From contig CAZPUN010000060.1 of the NCBI GenBank assembly GCA_964589775.1, forward strand, positions 1 through 30,269: a stretch of 30,269 nt of DNA. Reading direction: 5' to 3'. A model generated the notes under the pieces. The model had not been told where the DNA came from, searched no databases, and saw nothing but the letters and a program-made list of their open reading frames with translations. Position 1 is the stretch's first letter. Each line of letters opens with the position of its first letter. This DNA comes from an uncultured archaeon. Lineage in GTDB: Archaea; Asgardarchaeota; Thorarchaeia; Thorarchaeales; CAZPUN01. A program made the translations under genes and the position numbers. Shown piece by piece: positions 17,975 through 25,952 of the stretch.

Positions 17975-19798
17975 TTGGGCGAAAAACCGAAATATAAATC
18001 TGGATCAGAGTATATGTTAGGGGGATTAAAGAAGCATCCTTTTGTTATAATCGGAGCTGCTTTACTCACAATTTTCACGACACTATTGATTACAATTCCA
18101 TCTGTTCTCGTAGGTGAAGCCATTAATGTATTGGAGACTGTTGGCTTTGGGCAGAAATTCATAAATCTATCTTTACTTATCGTAGGTCTTGCCGCACTTT
18201 ATTTTGTTTTGTACTTCATTCTTGGCTATTCATGGGCAGTTGTTGTTCTCAAGTGGGAGCGAGATGCTCGTCAGGAATTCTTTGAAGTTTTACAGGACAA
18301 GAGTATGGCATTTCATGACCAAGTAGATAGTAAGAAATTGCTTTCTGTAGCTATGCAGGATATTCAATGGATTCGATTTTCACTTAATCCCGGCCTTAGA
18401 AATTTGATTACAGGAGTATCGTCATTCTTTCTGACGGGGTTCTTCTTCTTTATGATCGACCGTAATTTTACAATCTTCAGCATAAATGGATTTCCGATTT
18501 ATGGGTTCACACTTATCTTGGTAATTGGTACGCCAATTTACTTCTATTTCGCATATAAATATGCAAATGCGATTGAGCCTGTCCGACGCAAGCGTTCTGA
18601 GACAATGGAAAATCTAACTGCACTATCACAAGGAGTATTTCAAGGAATAGAAGTTGTTCGTGCTTTTGGTCGGGAGGATGTTGAACGAAAGAAATTTGAA
18701 GATGTTAGCAAGGCATATGAAAAATATGTCGCAAAAGAAGGACAACTATCAGCATTTTACATACCTGCTCTCATAATCGTTGCGATGACTACTATTTCAT
18801 TTATCTATGGTGGTTATGGCGTAATTATTGGAGCTCTAACAGTAGGAGATCTAACCAAAGTACTCGGCTTATTGATTAGTCTTGAAGGATTTAACTTCAT
18901 GCTACCTAGAATGCTATTGGTAATTCGTGCAGGATATGTTAATGCAGACCGTGTAGTTAAACTGTTGAATTTTAAAGACCCACTTGAAGAGCCTAAGAAC
19001 CCTGTAAAAGATATAAACTGGCTTGGCGATATAGAATTCAAGAATGTTAGCTTCAAGTATACTGATAAAAACAACCATTATGCATTGAAGAACATAAATA
19101 TCCGCATCCCTGGTGGTTCCCGTGTATGTCTAATTGGCGGTCCTGGAAGTGGCAAGAGTACCTTTTTGAAATTATTACTCCGATTTTATGATCCCACAGA
19201 GGGCTCAATATTGATTGATGGTGTTGATTTACGCAATGTTTGTACGAAAGATGTTCGAAATGCCGTAGGCCTCGTGGAACAAGATATCTTCCTATTTAGA
19301 ATGAGTGTTCGCGATAATATTGCGTTTGGGCGACCGGATGCTACGGACGAAGAAATCATCGAAGCAGCAAAACGTGCTCAGGCACATGAGTTTATTATGA
19401 AGATGCCTCAGGGATATGATACAATAATTGGAGAACGTGGGATGACGTTAAGTGGCGGTCAGCGACAGCGACTGGCTATTGCGCGTGCTCTTATTCAAGA
19501 TCCAAAGATTCTTCTGCTTGATGACTCTGTCAGTGCTGTAGATGCGAAAACCGAGTATTTGCTTCGAAAGGCACTTGATGAAGTCATGAAAGGGCGAACC
19601 AGTATTACAGTCACTCAGAGACTTAGAACTCTATTGGAATCTGATATGATAATTATTCTGGATAAGGGTCAGTTAATAGCAGCAGGAACTCATGATGAAT
19701 TAATACGTACTTCTGAACATTACAGAAACATATTCAAGTATCTTCCAGGTGCTGAAACTGTCTTACAGCAAGCCACTGTAGAGGGAGGTGTTGCATAA
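17975..19798 (+). CDS. Heterodimeric ABC exporter subunit 1 (TMD-NBD), non-canonical NBD
   Basis: AGGAGG + TTG start, 6-TM domain, Walker A GGPGSGKS, LSGGQ. Walker B LLLDD (Glu to Asp) and switch TQR (His to Gln), as in TM287-type subunits. Confidence 0.95.
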   Translation: MGEKPKYKSGSEYMLGGLKKHPFVIIGAALLTIFTTLLITIPSVLVGEAINVLETVGFGQKFINLSLLIVGLAALYFVLYFILGYSWAVVVLKWERDARQEFFEVLQDKSMAFHDQVDSKKLLSVAMQDIQWIRFSLNPGLRNLITGVSSFFLTGFFFFMIDRNFTIFSINGFPIYGFTLILVIGTPIYFYFAYKYANAIEPVRRKRSETMENLTALSQGVFQGIEVVRAFGREDVERKKFEDVSKAYEKYVAKEGQLSAFYIPALIIVAMTTISFIYGGYGVIIGALTVGDLTKVLGLLISLEGFNFMLPRMLLVIRAGYVNADRVVKLLNFKDPLEEPKNPVKDINWLGDIEFKNVSFKYTDKNNHYALKNINIRIPGGSRVCLIGGPGSGKSTFLKLLLRFYDPTEGSILIDGVDLRNVCTKDVRNAVGLVEQDIFLFRMSVRDNIAFGRPDATDEEIIEAAKRAQAHEFIMKMPQGYDTIIGERGMTLSGGQRQRLAIARALIQDPKILLLDDSVSAVDAKTEYLLRKALDEVMKGRTSITVTQRLRTLLESDMIIILDKGQLIAAGTHDELIRTSEHYRNIFKYLPGAETVLQQATVEGGVA

Positions 19799-21876
19799 TG
19801 GCATTCAGAGGTCATGGTTTCGCAATGAAAAAGGACAAGCCCAGCAGACCAACCGGATTGCTGTTGCGTAGAATGTTTGGCTATCTTGGATATTTCAAGA
19901 AGATTGTTTTCATAGGAGCCATTCTCTCCATATTTTCAACAGTATTTGCAGCATATAGTCCATTATTCATTTCTGCAGGTATAGATAAGGTTCTCTCGGT
20001 GTCTGCTACTGTTCAAGGATTAATATATCTAATAGTTATTTATGTTATATTCAAAGTTGCTGCATGGGTACTATATGGTGCTTACACATGGGTTATGTCC
20101 ATTGCCCAAGCCGGATTTGTTCAAAGGATTCAAGCGGATATTTATGATCATTTACTTCGTGCAGATCTTTCCTATCATAAGAAAGAGCAAAGCGGAAATG
20201 TGACTTCCAGAGTGACTTCAGATACAGTATCGCTGGCAACAGGTATTCAAGTAATTATTGATTTCTCGAGCCAGTTATTATTGCTAGTAGCTACATTCAT
20301 AATTCTTTGGTCGACCTCTCCTATTGTTGCACTTACATCTCTTGTAGTTGTTCCCGGAGTCATTTTACTTGCTGTCATCTTTGGTACCGTCGGGCAAAAG
20401 ATTATGCTCAAATCAAGGCGTGCATATGGTGAAGTATCAGGTCAAATTGCTGAAAATCTCAATGGAATTCATGTTGCAAAAGCATTTAATCGTGAAAAAG
20501 AATTAGCGAAGAAAATGCTGGATTTGAATAACAAAGCATACAAATATGGCTTGAGATTCAACATGCTAATGAGTTCCATGCAGCCATTAATGCGGACCGT
20601 TGGAATGATTGGTATTGCGGCACTTCTATTCATCGGTGGTAGCTTAGCTGTTGGTACATATCCTGTACTTACAATTGGTGAGGTCTTTCTTGGAGTTATT
20701 CTTGTGAAACAATTTATGATGCCTTTGATTTCACTTGCAATGTTTGGTTCTCAAGTCCAGCAATCACTTGCCGCAATGGACCGTGTATCTGATGTACTAG
20801 AAGCCAAACCGGCAATACGTGATAAGCCTGATGCAGTTCCATTAAAGGACACAAGCGATGGAATCAAGTTTGATCATGTAACGTTCTGGTATGTTGAAGG
20901 AAATCCTGTTCTGAAGGATGTTACATTTGAAGTTAAGCCAGGTGAAACAGTCGCATTAGTTGGGCATACTGGAGCAGGAAAGACTACTATTGCAGCATTA
21001 ATTAATCGCTTTTACGACCCGCAAAAAGGCAATATTTTCATTGGTGACCAGAACATTCGCGACGTAACCCTGAAATCTTTACATAAATCCATATCTCTAA
21101 TTTCTCAGGAACCATATCTATTTGATGGAACAATTATGGATAATATTCGTTATGGCAAGTTAGATGCTACAGATGAAGAGGTTTATGCAATTTGCCGAGA
21201 GATTGGTGCTGATGAATTCATCGAAGTGCTACCAGATGGCTATAACACTGTCGTGAAGGAAAACGGTAAAAATCTTAGTGCAGGACAAAGACAGATGATA
21301 ACTATTGCCCGAACTATGCTAGCAAATCCCAAGATTCTGATTCTTGATGAAGCTACAAGTAGGCTAGACGCATATAGCGAAGCACTAGTACAAGCTGCTC
21401 AGGCTCGATTATTTGCAAACCGAACGACCATAGTCATTGCACACAGATTGACAACAATTGCAAATGCTTCCAAAATCCTCGTATTTGACCATGGAAAACT
21501 TATTGAACAAGGTACACATGAAGAACTTTTAGCTCTAGGTGGAACTTACAAGACTTTGTACGATATTTACTATGCCCATCAGGGTGTTGAGGAACTTACT
21601 GACGAGAAAATCAAAGAAGTTGATGAAGAAATACCCGAAGAACCCATGCAAAAGCCGATGGGTATGATGGCAGGCATGATGCCCGGCATGATGGGTATGC
21701 AAGATGTTCCCGAAGAAGTTCGTCGTAAGATGCGTGAGAAAATGATGAAATCAGGTGAAGTTCCCGAAGAAGTTCGTCGTATGATGCAACAGGGTATGAT
21801 GCCCGGCATGGGCGAAATTCCAGAGGAAGTCCGTAAGAAAATGCGTGAGAAAATGAAGGAAGGAACTTCTGTTTAG
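19798..21876 (+). CDS. Heterodimeric ABC exporter subunit 2 (TMD-NBD) with Met-rich repeat tail
   Basis: TAATG stop/start overlap with subunit 1. GHTGAGKT, degenerate signature LSAGQ, ILDEAT and IAHR. Extra ~95-aa C-terminal tail. Confidence 0.95.
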   Translation: MAFRGHGFAMKKDKPSRPTGLLLRRMFGYLGYFKKIVFIGAILSIFSTVFAAYSPLFISAGIDKVLSVSATVQGLIYLIVIYVIFKVAAWVLYGAYTWVMSIAQAGFVQRIQADIYDHLLRADLSYHKKEQSGNVTSRVTSDTVSLATGIQVIIDFSSQLLLLVATFIILWSTSPIVALTSLVVVPGVILLAVIFGTVGQKIMLKSRRAYGEVSGQIAENLNGIHVAKAFNREKELAKKMLDLNNKAYKYGLRFNMLMSSMQPLMRTVGMIGIAALLFIGGSLAVGTYPVLTIGEVFLGVILVKQFMMPLISLAMFGSQVQQSLAAMDRVSDVLEAKPAIRDKPDAVPLKDTSDGIKFDHVTFWYVEGNPVLKDVTFEVKPGETVALVGHTGAGKTTIAALINRFYDPQKGNIFIGDQNIRDVTLKSLHKSISLISQEPYLFDGTIMDNIRYGKLDATDEEVYAICREIGADEFIEVLPDGYNTVVKENGKNLSAGQRQMITIARTMLANPKILILDEATSRLDAYSEALVQAAQARLFANRTTIVIAHRLTTIANASKILVFDHGKLIEQGTHEELLALGGTYKTLYDIYYAHQGVEELTDEKIKEVDEEIPEEPMQKPMGMMAGMMPGMMGMQDVPEEVRRKMREKMMKSGEVPEEVRRMMQQGMMPGMGEIPEEVRKKMREKMKEGTSV
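21646..21860 (+). repeat. Coding repeats in the ABC tail: GMMPGM and VPEEVRxxM
   Basis: Exact duplicates: GTTCCCGAAGAAGTTCGTCGTA at 21706 and 21760; ATGATGCCCGGCATG at 21676 and 21796; ATGCGTGAGAAAATGA at 21730 and 21841. Confidence 0.9.
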
Positions 21877-21922
21877 TTCTTTTCTTTTATCCATTTTTTT
21901 AATCTCATTCTAAATTTTATTA
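21877..21922. terminator. T-rich terminator between the convergent ABC and ECF operons
   Basis: TTCTTTTCTTTTATCCATTTTTTT after TAG 21876. Confidence 0.5.
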
Positions 21923-22738
21923 TTATTCTTGAGATCTCAATATTTCAATTGCTTCTTCCAGAGTAATAGGAATTTCACGATAGTTGATTTCTAAAAATAA
22001 TCTGGTGACAATCGGAGATTCAAGACCATAATTCAACAAGAACTTTCGGTCTATCAAAACATCTTTTGTTCTTCCATCTCTTACAATTTCTCCATTATTC
22101 ATAACAATGCATCGTTCTGCAACTTTTGGTATCAAATCTACAACATGTGTTGCGATTATAATTGTTTTGCCAGCCTTTTTTAGATTATTAATAATTTTCA
22201 GGAAATCTTTTACTCCAAGTGGATCTAAATTTGCAGTTGGCTCATCCATTACAATTATTTCGGGATTCATTGATAATACAGTTGCGATTGCAGCTCGTTT
22301 CTTCTGACCAAAACTTAAATGGTGAGGATATTCATTTTCTAAGCCTTTTAGGCCCACAGATTCCAATGCTTCGCTCACTCGTTTTTCAACATCATCTCTT
22401 GGTAAGCCCATGTTTAACGGTCCAAAAGCCACATCTTCCCATAAGGTCTGCATGAACAACTGATCATCTGGGTCCTGCATAACTAATCCGACTCGTTGTC
22501 GAATTTTGTATTTTGCCTTTTGATCTTTGATACTCATTCCTAAGATAGACACATCGCCTTTTGATGGGCGATTTAATGCTGCAAAATGCAAAAGCAGAGT
22601 AGATTTTCCGGCTCCATTTGCTCCGATGAATGCTACTGATTCTCCTCTCTTAATATCGAATGTTAAATCCTTAAGGGCAATTTTCCCTGTTGGATATTTA
22701 AATGTTAAATTACGAACAGAAATTATGGGCTCATTCAA
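21923..22738 (-). CDS. cbiO: ECF-type Ni/Co transporter ATPase (NikO/CbiO)
   Basis: GANGAGKS, QDPDDQLF, EDVAFGP.NMG, LSFGQKKR, DEPTANLD. Confidence 0.95.
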   Translation of the reverse strand: MNEPIISVRNLTFKYPTGKIALKDLTFDIKRGESVAFIGANGAGKSTLLLHFAALNRPSKGDVSILGMSIKDQKAKYKIRQRVGLVMQDPDDQLFMQTLWEDVAFGPLNMGLPRDDVEKRVSEALESVGLKGLENEYPHHLSFGQKKRAAIATVLSMNPEIIVMDEPTANLDPLGVKDFLKIINNLKKAGKTIIIATHVVDLIPKVAERCIVMNNGEIVRDGRTKDVLIDRKFLLNYGLESPIVTRLFLEINYREIPITLEEAIEILRSQE

Positions 22739-22786
22739 TTATTGCACTCTCTAATATGGTTGTATGTAGTTAATATTTTTCAAAAA

Positions 22787-23620
22787 TTACATAAAAATTT
22801 GCGCAAGATATACCGTCATAATGTTTGGTAAATCTACAACGAGTATAATTAGCAATATTGCGATTGAAATTACATATTTTATATTGCTGTTATAATTTCG
22901 TTCATAGAACTTTGGAAAATCGCCATTAAATCCGCGCGCAAGCATCGCTTTATATACTTTGTCACTTCTTTCATATGATCTTATCATAATTAATCCAATT
23001 GAATTCCCTATTGATTTGATCGCTCTGAACTTTGATATTTTTCCGGTTGTTCGAGCCTCTCGTGCTCTTGAGATACGCAATGCTTCGTCATGAATCACAA
23101 AAATGTAGCGAAGCATTAATGCAAGAGTAAGTACGAATATTTTTGGAACTTTTAAGCGTCTGAAGGCATTTACAAGTTCTGAATATGTCGTTGTTAGAAT
23201 GACTACCTGAAGCGCGGACAAAGAAACGAGAAGCCTTAGCTCCAAAATGATTGCCCTTTGTAATCCTACCGCAGAGATATATAAATTAAGCTTTGGTATT
23301 GTATATATCGCGGGAAGGGGACTAAATGGAACAAAAATAGAGGGTAGGATCACAACACCAGTAAATAACGAGAGCAGAACCACTCTTTTGACGAACGCGC
23401 GGAAAGCAATTCTGGAGACTAAGGCTTCTCCAATGATAAAAATTAGCATAAATATCAGAGGTTTCGCATTATAAAATAATTGGGCAACGAAGGACAGTGC
23501 TATGGCACCTGACAATTTCAATGCGGGGTCTACAGAATGAAGATGTGATGCCTTCTTACTTGATTCCTCGATTTCATGGCTTATTTTTGAAAAGCCAAGC
23601 AAACTGTCCATCGTGCCCAT
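22787..23620 (-). CDS. cbiQ: ECF-type Ni/Co transporter T component (NikQ/CbiQ)
   Basis: LHSVDPALK, LRYIFVI, AREART and AMLARGF (paired ARx motifs). ATG 23620 follows GAGGTG; GTG 23629 is an alternative start. Confidence 0.93.
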   Translation of the reverse strand: MGTMDSLLGFSKISHEIEESSKKASHLHSVDPALKLSGAIALSFVAQLFYNAKPLIFMLIFIIGEALVSRIAFRAFVKRVVLLSLFTGVVILPSIFVPFSPLPAIYTIPKLNLYISAVGLQRAIILELRLLVSLSALQVVILTTTYSELVNAFRRLKVPKIFVLTLALMLRYIFVIHDEALRISRAREARTTGKISKFRAIKSIGNSIGLIMIRSYERSDKVYKAMLARGFNGDFPKFYERNYNSNIKYVISIAILLIILVVDLPNIMTVYLAQIFM

Positions 23621-23635
23621 GCGTAACACCTCATC

Positions 23636-23932
23636 TTACTTCTTTACTAATATTTTTGACAGCCCGTATAACACAATTACAACGATAATAATTCCTACAA
23701 TGCCTGCTAGAACGGTTCCAAGCCACTCATTTCCGACATTTAGTAAATAGTCCTGTAATGGAGCTATGAATAGCGATTCTCCTTCTCCTGCTCCTAGATT
23801 CTCAGCGACTCTCTCTAAGCCATCCGGAGCACTTGATGCAAGAGGGGTACAAACTACTAGAACTCCCAGAATGAATAAGAATGCCTTTCCATATGCTGAT
23901 TTCAAAAATGTCATGATTTTATCTGTATTCAT
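23636..23932 (-). CDS. nikN: PDGLE-domain accessory membrane component (NikN)
   Basis: LASSAPDGLERVAE...APLQDY...LAGIVG with two TM helices. ATG 23932 overlaps the upstream TGA (ATGA) and follows GGAGG. Confidence 0.88.
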   Translation of the reverse strand: MNTDKIMTFLKSAYGKAFLFILGVLVVCTPLASSAPDGLERVAENLGAGEGESLFIAPLQDYLLNVGNEWLGTVLAGIVGIIIVVIVLYGLSKILVKK

Positions 23933-24591
23933 TCTTCTTCCTCCTTCATACCCATCTTTGGTAACTTTAGAAGATCCGGTCGAACTTTCGCTATATATCC
24001 AATTACAACCGCTGTGATGAGTCCTTCTCCAATTCCTATTAAGATATGCCATGAAACCATTGCAGGAACGGTCAATTCAATTCCATATGGAAATATCTGT
24101 GATACACCTATCTCAATTCCACAAGCTATGGCACCTAAAACAACAGAAGCCCAGCCGCCTACGAATGCTCCAATCATTTTGCCTTTAATGTCCGGAATGA
24201 ATTTTTTGATAATCTTGTAAATGTAATAACCTACAAATGCTCCAATTATACCCATGTTGAAGAAATTGGCTCCTAATGCTGTAATTCCACCATCTCCAAA
24301 AATTAATGCCTGAACAACAAAAATGACGGTCATACAAATTAGTGTAGCCCATGGTCCTAATACGATCGCCAATAATGTGGCACCTAATAGATGACCACTT
24401 GTTCCGGCAGCAATTGGAAAATTCAACATCTGTGCAACAAATACACCTGCTGTCAAAATGCCCAGCAACGGTACTTGCTCTTCAGAAATTCCATCTCGCG
24501 CCTTGTATGCTGTGATAGCCCAGAATACTATGGCTATGCCATACATAATTAGCGCGATAATAAGGTCTAGATAGCCATCAGGTATGTGCAT
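23929..24591 (-). CDS. cbiM: ECF-type Ni/Co transporter substrate component (NikM/CbiM)
   Basis: N-terminal MHIPDG metal-binding motif, QMLNFPI..GTSGH, QALIFGDGGITALGAN, HILIGIGEG. SD AGGTGGTGA. Confidence 0.95.
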   Translation of the reverse strand: MHIPDGYLDLIIALIMYGIAIVFWAITAYKARDGISEEQVPLLGILTAGVFVAQMLNFPIAAGTSGHLLGATLLAIVLGPWATLICMTVIFVVQALIFGDGGITALGANFFNMGIIGAFVGYYIYKIIKKFIPDIKGKMIGAFVGGWASVVLGAIACGIEIGVSQIFPYGIELTVPAMVSWHILIGIGEGLITAVVIGYIAKVRPDLLKLPKMGMKEEEE

Positions 24592-24621
24592 GCCTAATCA
24601 CCACCTAAATTGAGTACAATT

Positions 24622-24651
24622 AGTAATATAAATCTTTCTGAAAATAATACT
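24622..24651. promoter_or_regulatory. NikR-type operator overlapping the BRE/TATA of nikM
   Basis: GTAATA(24623-24628)-N16-TAATAC(24645-24650), the same geometry as the NikR consensus GTATGA-N16-TCATAC. Minus-strand GAAAGA-TTTATATT lies within it. Confidence 0.65.
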
Positions 24652-24731
24652 TTTTACATATGATTTTAAGATTAATTATTATTATTTTTTCCAGAACTAA
24701 ATCCTTTTGTAGTGCCGTGTTCTTTTGAAAT

Positions 24732-25772
24732 ATGATGAGGAAAATGAAGAAGATTGATTTGCGTTCAGATACTGTTACTTTGCCCTCTCCGGAGATGATG
24801 GAGGCCATTCAGAGAGCAAAGCTTGGCGATGACGTTTATGAAGAGGATCCTACGGTAAATGAACTTCAGGAGTTAGCGGCAGAAAAGATGGGTAAAGAGG
24901 CTGCATTATTAGTAACATCTGGAACACAGGGAAATCTTGTTTCTTTATTATCGCAGACGCATCGTGGAGATGAAATCATATTAGAGTCTCGGGCGCATAT
25001 ATATTTATTTGAAGTAGGCGGTATGGCAGCGATAGGCGGCTTAATGGCAAGGCCTGTGTATGGTGAGCGTGGATTTTTAAAACCTGAGCAAGTAGTGGCA
25101 AATATTCGTGGTGATAACATTCATTTTCCGAGAACAACACTTCTTGCAATTGAAAATACGCATAATTATGCAGGTGGTACAGTTCTTGACGAGGAAGGTA
25201 TGAATGCATTGGCTGAAGTTGCTCATGAGAATGGTCTGCGAGTACATTTAGACGGCGCTAGGATTTTTAATGCTGCCGTAGCGCTAAAAACCGATGTGAA
25301 ACGACTTGTACGAAAGGTAGATAGCATTCAATTTTGCCTTAGCAAGGGTCTCGCAGCACCAATTGGATCTCTTGTTGTGGGTGACCGGGACTTCATTAAG
25401 CGTGCTCGAAAGTATCGCAAGATGCTTGGTGGTGGAATGCGGCAGGCGGGTATTATTGCAGCTCCCGGTATAATTGCACTGGAAAAGATGGTTAATAGAT
25501 TAGCTGAAGATCATGAGACGGCAAAATTACTTGCAGAGCGTCTATCAAAAGTTGAAGGTGTAGAAGTTCAAGAGCCAGAAACAAACATACTCTTCATAAA
25601 CATTTCCGGCACTGGAAAGAAGCCTAAGTGGCTGGTTCAGGAACTCAAGAAAAAGAACATAATTATCCGTAGTGGTCTTGATGGTAGAATTCGGCTTGTA
25701 ACTCATTATGGTATTACAAAAGAGGATATTCTCTTTGTAGCAGAAGAAATGGCTCGTCTCCTAGAATCTTAA
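24732..25772 (+). CDS. ltaE: Low-specificity L-threonine aldolase (PLP-dependent)
   Basis: IDLRSDTVT, GDDVYEEDPTV, SGTQGN, IENTHN, HLDGARIFNA, CLSKGL (PLP Lys), GGGMRQAG. Start may be ATG 24744. Confidence 0.95.
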   Translation: MMRKMKKIDLRSDTVTLPSPEMMEAIQRAKLGDDVYEEDPTVNELQELAAEKMGKEAALLVTSGTQGNLVSLLSQTHRGDEIILESRAHIYLFEVGGMAAIGGLMARPVYGERGFLKPEQVVANIRGDNIHFPRTTLLAIENTHNYAGGTVLDEEGMNALAEVAHENGLRVHLDGARIFNAAVALKTDVKRLVRKVDSIQFCLSKGLAAPIGSLVVGDRDFIKRARKYRKMLGGGMRQAGIIAAPGIIALEKMVNRLAEDHETAKLLAERLSKVEGVEVQEPETNILFINISGTGKKPKWLVQELKKKNIIIRSGLDGRIRLVTHYGITKEDILFVAEEMARLLES

Positions 25773-25799
25773 AACCTTCTAATTTTTTCTACCTTTTTG

Positions 25800-25901
25800 T
25801 GTTCTAATTCACGAACATTCATAGTTTTATGGTCTTGTTTTTGAATGTAATCTAAAATAAACAAATTATTTTTGTTCTAAGATACGAACAGGCTGTTCTA
25901 A
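25800..25901. promoter_or_regulatory. Repeated TGTTC-N8-GAACA palindromic boxes upstream of the DUF3160 gene
   Basis: TGTTCTAATTCACGAACA 25800-25817 and TGTTCTAAGATACGAACA 25873-25890 (15/18 identical). Extra half-site TGTTCTAA at 25894-25901. Confidence 0.65.
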
Positions 25902-25952
25902 AGCGTGGTATAATATGCATTTGTGAGATAGTATTTTTCGGAGGTTTTCAAG

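Noticed and set aside
17975-21876. Degenerate Walker B/switch/signature motifs as evidence of a broken transporter
   Set aside because: The asymmetry is the established pattern of heterodimeric exporters with one consensus and one degenerate ATP site.
23933-24052. N-terminal 40 aa of the 138-aa NikN ORF
   Set aside because: It overlaps nikM out of frame. ATG 23932, with GGAGG and the ATGA overlap, is the plausible start.
24592-24731. Cobalamin riboswitch upstream of cbiM/nikM, and ORF 24620-24808
   Set aside because: The gap is short and AT-rich with no B12-box. The ORF overlaps ltaE antisense and the promoter.
25886-25898. LexA/SOS box (GAACAG-G-CTGTTC)
   Set aside because: The spacing (GAAC-N5-GTTC) does not match the Firmicute N4 box. 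It arises from adjacent TGTTC-N8-GAACA half-sites, and the downstream gene is not a repair gene.
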